The translations under genes were made by a program, and so were the position numbers. From the NCBI GenBank assembly GCA_034520965.1, contig JAXHMY010000002.1, positions 512,001 to 576,000 of the forward strand: 64,000 bases of DNA. Reading direction: 5' to 3'. The first letter of the stretch is position 1. The number at the start of each line of letters is the position of its first letter. Under the pieces are notes generated by a model, which made no database searches, was not told the origin of the DNA, and saw only the letters and a program-made list of their open reading frames with translations. Origin of the DNA: Spirochaetia bacterium (GTDB lineage: Bacteria; Spirochaetota; Spirochaetia; DSM-16054; Sediminispirochaetaceae). Positions 35,456 through 46,786 of the stretch are shown in pieces.

Positions 35456-37441
35456 TTAGCCCATCTGCTTCAGCTCTTCAATTTCATCACGGACAAGGGC
35501 GGCTTTTTCGAATTCGAGTTTTTTCGCGTGTTCCAGCATCATATCTTCAAGGCGTTTAATGAGCTTTTTGCGTTCCTTCGGCACGACTAAATTATAGCCC
35601 TTTTTCACCAAGTCAATCGACTCGGACTCATCCTGCCGGTCTTCTACCTTCTTGCGTATGAGAATGTCCTGAATCGCCTTCTTGATGCTCCGCGGAGTGA
35701 TGCCGTGAAGCCGGTTGTACTCCAACTGGATGCTGCGGCGACGGTTGGTCTCTTCTATTGCCTCGTCCATCGCTTTGGAGTGACGGTCGGCGTACATAAT
35801 CACCTTTCCGTGCTCGTTGCGGGCTGCCCGGCCTATAATCTGAATTAGACTGGTGGCGGACCGTAAAAAGCCGATTTTATCGGCATCTAAGATGGCAATC
35901 AGCGAGACCTCCGGCAAATCCAGCCCCTCCCGCAGCAGATTGATTCCCACCAGCACATCGAAGGTTCCGCTGCGCAGGTCCCGCAGCAGCTCTACCCGCT
36001 CAATGGTTTCAATTTCTGAATGCAGGTACCGCACCTGCAGGCCCAAACCGCTGAGGTAATCGGTCAGGTCTTCGGCCATTTTCTTGGTCAGGGTGGTTAT
36101 CAGCACGCGCTCTTTCGAGGCAATCCGCTGTTTAATCTCGCCGTACAGGTCTTCGATCTGCCCCTCGGTGGGCCGCACTTCCAGTTCGGGGTCAAGCAGA
36201 CCGGTGGGACGAATAATCTGCTCTACCAACTGCTCACTTTTATTCATTTCCTTCGGTCCGGGGGTTGCCGACACAAACACAACCCGGCTGAGCATCTCTT
36301 CAAACTCGGCCAGGATCAATGGACGGTTATCCAGGGCCGAGGGCAAGCGGAAGCCGAACTCCACCAGGTTCATTTTTCGTGAGCGGTCCCCCTCGTACAT
36401 CGCCCCCACCTGGGGCAGGGTCACATGGGATTCATCGATAAACGCCAGAAAATCATCGGGAAAGTAGTCCAGAAGCACCGCCGGACGCTCTCCGGGTTTC
36501 CGACCGCTGAGGGGGCGCGAATAGTTCTCGATACCCGAGCAGTAGCCCATCTCCTCCATCATCTCGAGGTCGTATTCGGTACGGGTTTTCAGGCGCTGGG
36601 CCTCAACTATTTTCCCCTTGGCCAGCAGTTCTTCGTGGCGCTCTTCAAGCTCGGTTTTAATTTCAGACAGAGCCTGCTGCACCTGCTCCTCGGGAAGCAC
36701 AAAGTGCTTAGCCGGATACACGGTCACCGTACTGAGCTCTTCAAGGGTCTCGCCGGTCACCGTGTGAATGCGGCGAATCCGTTCGATCTCATCCCAGTCA
36801 AACTCTATCCGGTAGGCCTCCTGCAGATAGGCCGGCTGTACCTCCAGGACATCTCCCCTAATGCGCAGGGAACCGCGCTGCAGCACCGCATCGTTACGCT
36901 CGTACTGCAGCGCCACCAACTCGCGGGCTACTGTAGAAATATCAATCTGCTGTCCAATCTCCAGGCGTACCCGCATTTCATGGAAGGCCTTCGGGCTTCC
37001 CAGTCCATAAATACAGGAAACCGTGGCAACCACAATTACATCGTCCCGGTCCATCAGGGCACTGGTAGCCGACAGACGCAGCCGGTCAATTTCGTCGTTG
37101 ATGGACGAGTCTTTCTCGATGTACAAGTCTTTGGAGGGAACATAGGCTTCCGGTTGATAGTAATCGTAATAGCTTACGAAGTACTCCACCGCATTATCCG
37201 GAAAGTAACCCTTGAACTCGCGGTACAGCTGGGCGGCCAGGGTTTTATTATGGCTCATAACCAGGGTCGGCCGCTGTACCTGTTCGATGAGCTTGGCCAT
37301 GGTGTAGGTTTTTCCGGAGCCGGTTACCCCCTTCAGGGTCTGATGCTGCATCCCGGCCTTCACACCCCGGGTCAGTTTTTCAATAGCCTGGCCCTGGTCG
37401 CCGGCAGGATCGTATTCCGAAACTACCTTGAACTTCGGCAT
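35456..37441 (-). CDS. uvrB: Excinuclease ABC subunit B
   Basis: [61 protein letters not shown]-terminus. Confidence 0.98.
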   Translation of the reverse strand: MPKFKVVSEYDPAGDQGQAIEKLTRGVKAGMQHQTLKGVTGSGKTYTMAKLIEQVQRPTLVMSHNKTLAAQLYREFKGYFPDNAVEYFVSYYDYYQPEAYVPSKDLYIEKDSSINDEIDRLRLSATSALMDRDDVIVVATVSCIYGLGSPKAFHEMRVRLEIGQQIDISTVARELVALQYERNDAVLQRGSLRIRGDVLEVQPAYLQEAYRIEFDWDEIERIRRIHTVTGETLEELSTVTVYPAKHFVLPEEQVQQALSEIKTELEERHEELLAKGKIVEAQRLKTRTEYDLEMMEEMGYCSGIENYSRPLSGRKPGERPAVLLDYFPDDFLAFIDESHVTLPQVGAMYEGDRSRKMNLVEFGFRLPSALDNRPLILAEFEEMLSRVVFVSATPGPKEMNKSEQLVEQIIRPTGLLDPELEVRPTEGQIEDLYGEIKQRIASKERVLITTLTKKMAEDLTDYLSGLGLQVRYLHSEIETIERVELLRDLRSGTFDVLVGINLLREGLDLPEVSLIAILDADKIGFLRSATSLIQIIGRAARNEHGKVIMYADRHSKAMDEAIEETNRRRSIQLEYNRLHGITPRSIKKAIQDILIRKKVEDRQDESESIDLVKKGYNLVVPKERKKLIKRLEDMMLEHAKKLEFEKAALVRDEIEELKQMG

Positions 37442-37446
37442 ACCCC

Positions 37447-38733
37447 TTAATCCCACTCCAGTTCGCTGGGACGCTCTACTAATTCAACCTGGAAGCTCTT
37501 GCGCCGCCCATCGCGCAGCGCAACTACCTCTATAATCTCTTCCGGCTCGTTATCTTCCAGGGCACTGAACAAATCGGACAGGGTGGCTACCTTCATCCCG
37601 TCGACTTCAACAATAATGTCGCCACCAAAATAGATAATCGACCGCCCGTAACGAACCGGATTATTTTGGTCACCCCCACGAAGACCGGCCTGCTCGGCAT
37701 TTCCGCCGCGACTCACCTTTGAAATCATAATTCCCTTTTTTACCGACAAATTCCCATACCGCACAATGCTTGGCTCAAGTTGCACCGGTACCATTTCAAT
37801 CCAACCTCGCAGCACTTTACCGTACTCGATTAATTGCGGGACCACCCGACGGGCGGTATTTACCGGTACGGCAAAGCCAATTCCCACACTTCCGCCGCTG
37901 GGGCTGTAGATCATCGTATTGATGCCTATCATCTCGCCGTTGGTATTCAGCAGCGGCCCTCCGGAATTCCCCGGATTTATGGAAGCGTCGGTTTGAATCA
38001 TTCCGCGAATTACCAAATTACGTGATGTTTTTACCGGCCGTCCAAGCCCCGATACTATTCCGGAGGTCAGTGTGCGGTCGTAGCCAAAGGGGTTTCCGAT
38101 GGCCAGAATAAGTTGACCCACCCGCAGGCTTGAAGAGTCTCCAAAGGGAATTACCACCAGCTCTTTGTCGCCCGGATCGAATTTGACTACCGCCAAATCG
38201 TTCTCTGAATCTTTCCCGATAACCTTGCCCTCATACTGGGTACCGTCGTATAAATTCGATCTCGACTGCTTGCAGGCACTCCTTTACCACATGGTAGTTA
38301 GTCAGAATGTAGCCGCGGGTATCAATGATGGAACCGGACCCGGTACCACCCTCCTGGGGAAACTCTGAGCTTTTAGGAAGCCGAATTCAGGCTAAGGGTT
38401 TCAGTGGTAATATTTTCCGCCCCATGGTTATCGCGTCACTGATACACGCTCGATGTTGTTCCGCTCGTCGGCTGGCGGTCAAGAGCTGTGCTCCCGGTTC
38501 ATCACCCGGCGCAACTGCTGATCGGAGTTTGTCCGCGGCTCAAAGTCGGCATCTCCGATTGTTCCAACCTCGGCACTCTTTTCCTTACCGATCTCCGCAT
38601 CCATCCGCGCATCGTTCTGCAGCCACGGCAGCTCAAGCATGCCAAAGCCGATCAACGGCGGCGGCGGCGTACCGACAGCCCGGCTTACGCCGTAAAAAAT
38701 CAAGCTGCCCTCCGCCGGGAAGTTCCCGTCCAC
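37447..38733 (-). CDS. htrA: HtrA/DegP-like serine protease with PDZ domain; N-terminal third broken by many indels
   Basis: [33 protein letters not shown]; upstream GSGS-like piece and LTNYHVV in other frames; SD AGAGGAGG before GTG 38733. Confidence 0.85.
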
Positions 38734-38826
38734 GAGACCTCCTCTTTATGAGTATAGGCAGTTGTAGTTACTTTGCCAAGCGTCATTTGAAGACCCGGAC
38801 GCGATGCATAATCAATGCAGGCTCCA

Positions 38827-40409
38827 TTAGGCCGCCTTCCAATAGTAGTCACTTTCACCGTAGCGTCGGTATTGGACCGCCTCCATAATATGATCGCTTT
38901 TTATGTGTGGGCTCTGTTCCAGATCTGCAATTGTGCGGCTAATTTTTAATACCGAATGGGCCGCCCGGGTCGAGAGGCCCAGACTCCGGACAGCTTTATT
39001 TAGAATACCAACACTCCCCTCCTCGAGCCGGCAATACTTCAACAGCTGTGTGGGGCCAAGATCGCCATTACGCAGGCTCCCCCGCTGCTGTTGGATTTGA
39101 ATGGTCTCAGCCACTTTGCGTTCCATTTGTGCGGTGGTAAGTCCATTTTCGGTGCGTAGTGTGACGGATTGGGACAGTTCCACGGGCAGTCGCATGTCAA
39201 TCCGGTCGCAGAATGCGGCACCTATCTTTTTCCAGTAACGATGCAGCTCTATGGGGCTGCACACTACAGAGAATCCACCTGACCGAGTTTACCGCAGGGG
39301 CAGGGGTTGGTGGCCATCAACAGTTGAAACTGGGCCGGAAACCAGTAATGGCAGCCCGAGCGGGCTATCTGGACAATTCCCCGTTCAATCGGCTCACGCA
39401 GGGATTGCAGCAGGCGGTTCCCGAACTCCAGCGCTTCATCGAGAAACAGCAGACCGTGATGGGCGTAGGAGATCTCACCGGGCTGAACATTCATCCCGCC
39501 GCCAATCAACCCTTCCCTGGAGGCGGTGTGATGGGGGGCTCGAAAGGGAGGCCGGGTGATTAATCCGGAGCCCGCCGGCAGTGCACCGCCTATGGAATAT
39601 ATCCTGGTTACCGCAATCGATGCCTCCCGGTCCAAATTGGGAAGCAGACGTCCAAACCGGAGGGCCGCCATGGTTTTGCCGCCCCCCGGGGGGCCGAATA
39701 AAAGCAGATGGTGCCGTCCAGCTGCGGCTACCATACAGGCTCGCTTAAGTTGCTCCTGCCCTATCAGCTCGGCAAAATCGAGCCCGTTACTTAACTGGCT
39801 GCCGAATCCGCCGGAGGTTTCAGAGCTGTCCCCGGCAGCCCCCTCATCACCCCCGGTTACAGATTCTACACAATCGGCAATATAGCTCTCCTGAAATCCG
39901 TGCTGCAAGAGGGTAAACAGATGAGGCATTTCTGCCAGATGGGAAAGAGCAACCGCCTTGGTTCCGGCTACTGTTCGGGCTTCATTCAAATTTTCCCGGG
40001 GTACCACACAGATGTGGGCGCCGCTCTGCAGCGCCGCATGGACAGCAGCCAAAACTCCGGGCACAGGCCGCACTCGTCCCGAAAGCTCAAGCTCACCGAC
40101 AATAAGCATGGTATAAGCCCCCGGTGAAGGCACCTGGGAATCGACCATTAAGAGGGCAGCCGCCATAGGCAGGTCGAAGGCCGCCCCCTGTTTCCTCACC
40201 CCCGCCGGGGCAAGGTTGATCAATATCCGCTGCCTGGGTACCCGGAAGCCGGAGTTCCGTACTGCCGCACGTACCCGCTCCCGGGCCTCCTTTACCGCAC
40301 TATCAGGCAAACCAACCACATCCATTCCGGGAATTCCCCGCCGCAGATCAACCTCGACCGTAACAATATCTCCGGAATAGCCCCGATTTACAAAACTTAC
40401 AATTTGCAT
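38827..40409 (-). CDS. comM: YifB/ComM Mg-chelatase-like AAA ATPase (frameshift near 39264)
   Basis: VGLPDSAVKEARERV, INLAPA, GPPGGGKTM, PFRAPHHTAS, LFLDE, NPCPCG; C-term DRIDM..SRTIADL. Confidence 0.88.
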
Positions 40410-40496
40410 ATCTCCTCCTATATAGAAAGAGGGTACACATGTCCATTTGATTTAAATAAGATTAAATTGAAGAAAGCTTGAAGTAGCCTGATTAGA

Positions 40497-40964
40497 TTAG
40501 CCGAGCTGTTGGATTTGGGCGTCCATCTCTCTGCGAACCATTTGGTCGCATTTTTCATTCAGGTCATTCCCCGAGTGGCCCTTTACCCAGTGCCAGCTGA
40601 TCGGAAGAGTATCGGCTAAGGCTTTAAGCTGCTGCCAATACTCCTTGTTTTTCACCGGTTTCTTAGCGGATGTCTGCCAGCCGTTTCTCTCCCAGTTGTG
40701 AATCCAACTTGAAATTCCATTTTTTACATACTGGCTGTCGGTATACAACTCGATGGTACGATTCGACTCCTTCAGCTCCTGCTGCACGGTTTTTAGCGCC
40801 TCAATTACAGCGGTCAGCTCCATGCGGTTATTGGTGCTATCCGGCGACCCACCCGAGCGCTCCCGCTGCAGTTTGCCGTCGTTCAGTACAAAGGCCCAGC
40901 CACCGGGACCCGGATTCCCGCTGCAGCCGCCATCGGTATATATAGTTATCGGTTCTTGTTCCAT
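40497..40964 (-). CDS. rnhA: Ribonuclease HI
   Basis: YTDGGCSGNPGPGGW, TNNRMEL, TDSQYV, WVKGHSG..NEKCD. Confidence 0.97.
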   Translation of the reverse strand: MEQEPITIYTDGGCSGNPGPGGWAFVLNDGKLQRERSGGSPDSTNNRMELTAVIEALKTVQQELKESNRTIELYTDSQYVKNGISSWIHNWERNGWQTSAKKPVKNKEYWQQLKALADTLPISWHWVKGHSGNDLNEKCDQMVRREMDAQIQQLG

Positions 40965-41069
40965 ACGCAGTACTCCTGGCGCTTACCCTATGCCGAACCG
41001 GCCTTTTTTATCAAGCCCTTTTAAAAGCGGGTTGCATTACAGGCCGATTTCGCACTACACTCATTTTAA

Positions 41070-41747
41070 ATGGAAGAGTTGAGTAATAAACAGAGCCTCA
41101 GCGATGAGGTTTATTCTTATCTTGAATCTAAACTCATTTCCGGAGAGCTAAAGTACGGGGACATCCTTAATATCAAGCAGCTGGCCCTTCAGCTAGGGGT
41201 AAGCACAATACCGATTCGGGATGCCCTCAAGCGGCTTGAACATGAGGGAGTGGTGGTTATCCAGCCGCGCAGCAGCTGTTATGTGGCCGAACCTTCCCAG
41301 AAGGATGTTCTGGATGCATTTGAACTGCGGGAGATGATTGAAATGCAGGCGATCCGTTCAATCTACAGAACCATCGATACTAAACAGCTGTCCGAGTTAG
41401 ATGAGGTTGTCTCTAAAATGAAAGCGATAGTCACGCATCCGCCGGAGGAGCATCTGTCCGAATATATCCAGCTTGATAGCGCGTTTCATAACAAGTTGTG
41501 CAACCTGGCAGGAAATCGGTTTCTCAGTAAATTTTACCATGAGCTCTATTTGCATCTGAATATGACGGAAATATATGGTATCGGGGGGCCTCCCGACATT
41601 CAATCAACCTATGAGCTTCACCGTAGAATACTTTCATATTTAAAACAAAATTCCGCTGAGGCGGTTGAACTGCTGCAGCGTCACCTCGATCGGGGACGTA
41701 AGAACCTCACAGAGGGAGCCGGTTTTCAGAAGCTTCGAAAAGAATAA
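41070..41747 (+). CDS. GntR family transcriptional regulator (FCD domain)
   Basis: LALQLGVSTIPIRDALKRLE.EG.V, ELREMIE, D.AFH..L...AGN. Confidence 0.9.
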   Translation: MEELSNKQSLSDEVYSYLESKLISGELKYGDILNIKQLALQLGVSTIPIRDALKRLEHEGVVVIQPRSSCYVAEPSQKDVLDAFELREMIEMQAIRSIYRTIDTKQLSELDEVVSKMKAIVTHPPEEHLSEYIQLDSAFHNKLCNLAGNRFLSKFYHELYLHLNMTEIYGIGGPPDIQSTYELHRRILSYLKQNSAEAVELLQRHLDRGRKNLTEGAGFQKLRKE

Positions 41748-41775
41748 CTTTACGAAGCGATAAGCGGGAGGAAAA

Positions 41776-43528
41776 ATGCCGGAACAGTTAATATTAAAAA
41801 ATTTAGAGTTTATTAAGGTCTTGCCCTACTGGGCGCAAGATTTATCTTACAAATATTGTTCTAAAACTACCAATCTTTATATTGTACATGGAAATATTCG
41901 CGATTTCCTGCCCAATAAAATGGTCGAAGGGGAGTTTATTTTTGTAAGAATTCAGGAGTTTATCTCTGAGGTTCTGTTTGGAAACAAAGACATCATTGTC
42001 TACTATGACCGCTCCTCTGGAATCAACTTCTGCGATGGAGAAATGCGTAAAAACTATCTGGCGGAGATGCGACGTCTTTTTCCGGAAGAGGATCCGGAGG
42101 ACCTGGTTTCGAAAAACCCCAGTAAGGCCTTTGATTATCTTGAGAAGTATTTCCTGATGAACATTCCCCACAAAAAGCGGATTGTTCTGATAATCGATTA
42201 TGCCGAGACGATTGTGCCGAATGTTGACCTTTCTCATATGGATGAAGAAGACCGCTACTGCATGGTAACCCTTAACCGATGGGCCCACGACCCAATTTTC
42301 ACACAGGGGGATGTATCTATCCTCCTGCTTACCGAAAACCTGGCGGACTTGAGTCCCCGTCTGGTTCGTTCACCCCACACGGTAAAAGTAAACATACCCC
42401 TGCCCGATGAAACCGTGCGTGAGAGCTTTTAGAGTACCTCAACCGTAAGGAAGAACTGATTATAGAGTATCGCCTGAATTGCCGGCGAATTGCCAAAGTA
42501 ACCAGTGGACTCAATTTGATGAATTTGAACCAAATCGCCGCCGAATCGTATCAGGAGAACCGTCCGGTTTCGATGGAGTATCTGCGAGAGAGAAAAAAGG
42601 AGATCATCGAAAACGAGGCATCGGGACTGCTGGAGTTTATTGAATCCGAGCACGACCTCTCCTATGTATCGGGCCACGATTTTGTAAAAAAGCGCTTCAA
42701 AAACGCAGCCAAGGCTATTAAACAGGGGCGCACCGACGTGCTTCCAGTGGGCTACCCTTCTGTCAGGGCCGGTGGGCACCGGAAAAAGCTTTATGGTTAC
42801 CGCCTTCGCCGGTGAAATCGGAATACCTATAGTCAGGTTCCGCAATTTCCGCTCAAAGTGGCAGGGTGTCACCGAGTCCAACATGGAAAAAGCCCTGAAT
42901 ATCCTTAAGGCGATGTCCCCGGTGGGCGTTATGATCGACGAGGCGGATGCCTTCCTGGGCGATCGTAACCAGGACGGTGATTCGGGCACCCGTAGCCGGG
43001 TGTTTGCACGAATTTCTTCGTTTAGGGAAACGCCGAATATCGTGGGAAATTTCTCTGGTTCTTAAATTACCTGTCGCCCGGACATTCTGCCGATCGATAT
43101 TAAGCGTCAGGGGCGGGCGGAGGAGCATTTAGCCCTCTTTTATCCCGAAACCCAAAGTGAGCGGGAAGACCTTATCCAGACACTTATCCGGAAGCTTAAA
43201 ATCAAGATACAGAAGTTCAGCATCTACGATATGCTGAAAAAACACCACTTTGAATCATCCGGGGGCGGATCTGGAGGCCATCCTCATCCGGGCTAAGTTC
43301 AATGCGGCCATGCAGAACCATATCATCATTACCAAGGAAGATATGGAAGAGGCGATCCGCGACTTTATACCGCCGGCTTATCCCCACGAAATCGAACTGC
43401 AGAACCTGGTGGCAGTGCTTGAGTGTACCAGCCGCGAAATGGTACCCAAGCGCTACCGCAATTACGATCGCAGTAAAATAGTACCCCAGATCCGTGAGCT
43501 CAAAGAGCTTTTAGGTGAGCGGGATTAA
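41776..43528 (+). CDS. AAA+ ATPase (SpoVK/Ycf46-like), split by several indels
   Basis: Consecutive fragments: IVHGNIRD, LIIDYAE, GP.GTGKS, IDEADA, DIKRQGRAE, GADLEA. Confidence 0.75.
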
Positions 43529-43551
43529 AAACTAAAAATTGGAGCACTGAT

Positions 43552-44586
43552 ATGCAACTTACACGTACACCCTACGGAACAAGCAAAGCTGGAGAGGCGG
43601 TGGACGAGTTCTTAGTAGAAAACTCCCACGGAGTCTCTTTTAAGCTGATAACCTACGGCGCAAGCATTACATCGGTAAAAACACCGGATAGTTCGGGTAA
43701 GATTGAAGAGATCACCCTTGGTTTTGATTCCCTGGAAGGCTATGAAGGCCCTCACCCCTACTTTGGAGCCACCGTCGGCCGGGTTGCCAATCGCATCGGC
43801 CATGGCCGGTTTGTATTAGGCGACACTGAATATCAACTTGACACAAATAACAAGGGTAAACACCATATCCACGGCGGCCTGCAGGGGTTCAGCCGCAGGG
43901 TCTGGGAAGCCTTTCCGGTAAAGAAGGAGAATGAGGCGGGAGTAAGCCTTTCGCTGACCAGTGAACACATGGATCAGGGCTACCCCGGTACTCTGGATGT
44001 AAAACTGACGGTGATGCTCTCGGAGCAGAACGAACTGAGTTTTTCCTACGATGCGGCCACCGACAGGGCCACCCCGGTAAGCCTTACCAACCATACCTAC
44101 TGGAACCTGAGCGGAGAGTGCAGCGGCAGCATCACCTCGCATCTGCTGCATCTGAACTCCGAAAGATTCGTGGAGGTTGACGAAGAACTGATTCCAACCG
44201 GCCACATTGCTCCGGTTAAAGACAGCCCCTTCGATTTTCGAACTCCCAAACCAATCGGCAAAGATTTAGAGGCAGCCGGAGGCTATGACCACTGTTATAC
44301 CCTCTCCCAAGAAAACGCCCTTTCTATTCCGGTAGCCCGGGTCTCCGACCCGAACAGCGGGAGAGTGATGACGGTATTTACAATATCCCCGGGAATTCAG
44401 TTTTACTCAGGCAATTTCCTCAATAATCTGGCTACCCGCTGCGGCAAGGTGGATGCCCATGCAGCCCTGTGCCTTGAGCCGGAGGAGTACCCGGATGCAG
44501 TGAACCGGCCGGAGTTCCCCGATGCGGTGCTTAGCCCGGGGGATCGCTATTTTAGAAAATCAGTGTACCAATTCAGCATTAGCTGA
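43552..44586 (+). CDS. galM: Aldose 1-epimerase
   Basis: YFGATVGRVANRI, HGG, GYPG, LTNHTYWNL, GYDHCY, PGIQFYSGN, CLE. Confidence 0.94.
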   Translation: MQLTRTPYGTSKAGEAVDEFLVENSHGVSFKLITYGASITSVKTPDSSGKIEEITLGFDSLEGYEGPHPYFGATVGRVANRIGHGRFVLGDTEYQLDTNNKGKHHIHGGLQGFSRRVWEAFPVKKENEAGVSLSLTSEHMDQGYPGTLDVKLTVMLSEQNELSFSYDAATDRATPVSLTNHTYWNLSGECSGSITSHLLHLNSERFVEVDEELIPTGHIAPVKDSPFDFRTPKPIGKDLEAAGGYDHCYTLSQENALSIPVARVSDPNSGRVMTVFTISPGIQFYSGNFLNNLATRCGKVDAHAALCLEPEEYPDAVNRPEFPDAVLSPGDRYFRKSVYQFSIS

Positions 44587-44625
44587 TGCATATAGTTTTA
44601 TTTTAATTTAAACAAGGGGAGCTTT

Positions 44626-45441
44626 ATGAGTTCAGCACACACTCCTTTACATGTAGATTTCATCCTCACCGATGTAGAACCCACTGATAAACAGCAGGTA
44701 CTGGAAGTACTTGCAGAACAAGCGGCAAAAACAGATGTGCTGTCAAAGTACAAGGCCAAGGATCTGTATAAACGCCTTGATCAGCGAGAGTCTCTGGGCA
44801 GTACCGGCTTTGGCGACGGCGTGGCAATTCCTCACTGCGCTATCGATAATTTAGATGATTTTGTATTGGGACTAATGGTCACTTCACAGGGTGTTGATTT
44901 TAACTCTATAGACGGCAACCCGGTACAGCTGTTTTTTCTGATTATTGGCCCCACCGAGCAGCGCAACCGGCACATCAAAATTTTGTCGGCCATTAGCAAG
45001 ATGGTAAAAACCCCCGGTGCGGTTGATAACCTGCTGGGATTAAAAGATCGGAACAAGATTGAACAGCTCCTGAAGGAGCACCTCACCATCCGCGAAGAGA
45101 AACCGGACACCGAAGGATACTCTCTAATCAATACGTATATCCAGAAAGAGGAAATTTTCGATGAGATCCTCGAGCTGCTCTCCGCCGAAGTGGAGGGCTC
45201 ACTTACGGTAATTGAAACTCAAAACGCCGGGGAATACCTCAACCGTTTGCCCCTCTTCTCATCGTACTGGAGCGAAGGCAGCTCTACCTTCAACCGCCTG
45301 ATCCAGGCGGTGGTACCCAAATCCCGCTGTAACGACCTGATCCGCCAGATCAACTTAATTGAAGATACCTACGCCGATAATCCCGGTATACTTATCACCG
45401 CCCAAGAGTTAATGTACGCCTCCGGTTCGATAGATTTTTAA
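44626..45441 (+). CDS. PTS EIIA (Ntr/Fru-type) domain protein with C-terminal PII-like domain
   Basis: RESLGSTGFGDGVAIPH, GVDFNSIDG.PV, HIKILSAIS; ~110-aa C-terminal extension with PLFSS..FNRLI.AVV. Confidence 0.8.
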   Translation: MSSAHTPLHVDFILTDVEPTDKQQVLEVLAEQAAKTDVLSKYKAKDLYKRLDQRESLGSTGFGDGVAIPHCAIDNLDDFVLGLMVTSQGVDFNSIDGNPVQLFFLIIGPTEQRNRHIKILSAISKMVKTPGAVDNLLGLKDRNKIEQLLKEHLTIREEKPDTEGYSLINTYIQKEEIFDEILELLSAEVEGSLTVIETQNAGEYLNRLPLFSSYWSEGSSTFNRLIQAVVPKSRCNDLIRQINLIEDTYADNPGILITAQELMYASGSIDF

Positions 45442-45445
45442 GCAT

Positions 45446-46708
45446 ATGAATACACTTCAAGCTTTACAACAGACTATTGGGGCGATGAACCTCCCCGCAT
45501 TGTTAACAGTTGGAATCATGACCCTGGCGGGCCTCTACTTCGGCAAGATCACCAAGTACATAAAGCTGCCTTCGATAATCGGTTTCATGCTGGTCGGGGT
45601 CCTGCTGGGCCCCAGCCTGTTTAACCTTATTAGCGAACATATGCAGAGCAAGCTCAGTTTTATCACTGAAGTCGCCCTAAGCTTTGTAGCCATCAGCATC
45701 GGCCTTGAACTGAAGATGACCACACTCAAGCAGCAGGGAATCGGGATTGTCATTATTATCATTACCGAATCGCTGCTGGCCTTCACCCTCGTAAGCCTGG
45801 CAGTCTACTGGTTTACCGCAGATCTTCCGCTCAGCCTTATCTTTGGAGCTATTGCCCCGGCCAGTGCACCTGCGGGAACGGTGGCTATCATTCAGGAATA
45901 CAAAGCCCGCGGAAGTCTGACCAAGGCCCTTTACTCGGTGGTCGGTTTTGATGATGGACTGGGCATCATTATTTTCGGCTTTGCAGCTGCAATCGCAAAA
46001 AGCTTGTTGGGACAGGCCGCAGGGGACGCTCCCGAGAGTTTTTTGACTCTGCTTACCCCGCCGCTGTTGGAAGTGGCACTGAGCCTGTTGGTCGGGGTGT
46101 TGTTGTCCCTGCTGTTTGTGTTTCTTGCACGTCGGCTTTCCAGCAAGCGCGACTTGTTTATTCTGCTGGTTGCCTCGGTATTTATTATCGCCGGCCTTAG
46201 TTCTGTAATGCACCTCTCCCTCATTCTGACCAACATGATAGTGGGCTTTATAATTGTAAATACCCAAGCCAATAGTCTACTGAAAAAAATTGAGGGCGAG
46301 CTTTCAAATGTCATGCCCCTGCTGTTTGTCCTGTTCTTTGTTCTGGCCGGAGCAAACCTGCATGTGGCGGCCCTGCCTTCGTTGGGCTTATTGGGAGTAA
46401 TCTATATTATAAGTCGTTCCGTCGGTTTAGCCGGCGGAGCTTCCCTTGGAGCTATTATCGGCAGAGCTGAGCCTAAAATCCGCAAATATCTCGGCCTTGG
46501 CATTCTCAGTCAGGCCGGAGTGGCCATCGGGCTGGCATTGATTGTGAAGCAGGATTTTTCCGAACTGGGGCAATGGGGAGCTGAAATCGGGAGTACGGTA
46601 ATTACCACCGTCACCGCAACGAGCATCTTCTTTGAGCTGATCGGGCCAATTTTAACTAAGTTCGGCCTCCAAAAGGCCGGCGAGATCACCCTTAGCCAGG
46701 AAAAATAG
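45446..46708 (+). CDS. Cation:proton antiporter (CPA2-like)
   Basis: LPSIIGFMLVGVLLGP, ASAPAGT, VGFDD, FFVLAGA, QAGVAIGLA; about 12 TM segments. Confidence 0.88.
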   Translation: MNTLQALQQTIGAMNLPALLTVGIMTLAGLYFGKITKYIKLPSIIGFMLVGVLLGPSLFNLISEHMQSKLSFITEVALSFVAISIGLELKMTTLKQQGIGIVIIIITESLLAFTLVSLAVYWFTADLPLSLIFGAIAPASAPAGTVAIIQEYKARGSLTKALYSVVGFDDGLGIIIFGFAAAIAKSLLGQAAGDAPESFLTLLTPPLLEVALSLLVGVLLSLLFVFLARRLSSKRDLFILLVASVFIIAGLSSVMHLSLILTNMIVGFIIVNTQANSLLKKIEGELSNVMPLLFVLFFVLAGANLHVAALPSLGLLGVIYIISRSVGLAGGASLGAIIGRAEPKIRKYLGLGILSQAGVAIGLALIVKQDFSELGQWGAEIGSTVITTVTATSIFFELIGPILTKFGLQKAGEITLSQEK

Positions 46709-46723
46709 CACCGGAATAGCCAA

Positions 46724-46762
46724 CAGCCCATGGCCTGCAGTATAAACTGTGGGCATGGGCTG
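46724..46762. terminator. Hairpin between convergent genes (possible bidirectional terminator)
   Basis: CAGCCCAT-G-GCCTGCAG / CTGTGGGC-ATGGGCTG stem with a 6-nt loop; no U tract. Confidence 0.45.
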
Positions 46763-46786
46763 GAAAGGACCGAAGGTTGCAGCGCG

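Noticed and set aside
36425..37450. Long antisense ORFs (341 aa opposite uvrB; also 8525-9379 opposite ppdK, 13151-13948, 30520-31344, 46730-47404)
   Set aside because: Shadow frames of well-supported genes on the other strand, with no recognisable motifs.
20168..43528. Frameshifts in murG, thiP, thiQ, htrA, comM and the AAA ATPase as pseudogenes or programmed frameshifting
   Set aside because: They are scattered single-base indels, often in homopolymers, and hit an essential gene (murG); long-read consensus error is the simplest explanation. Needs read-level polishing.
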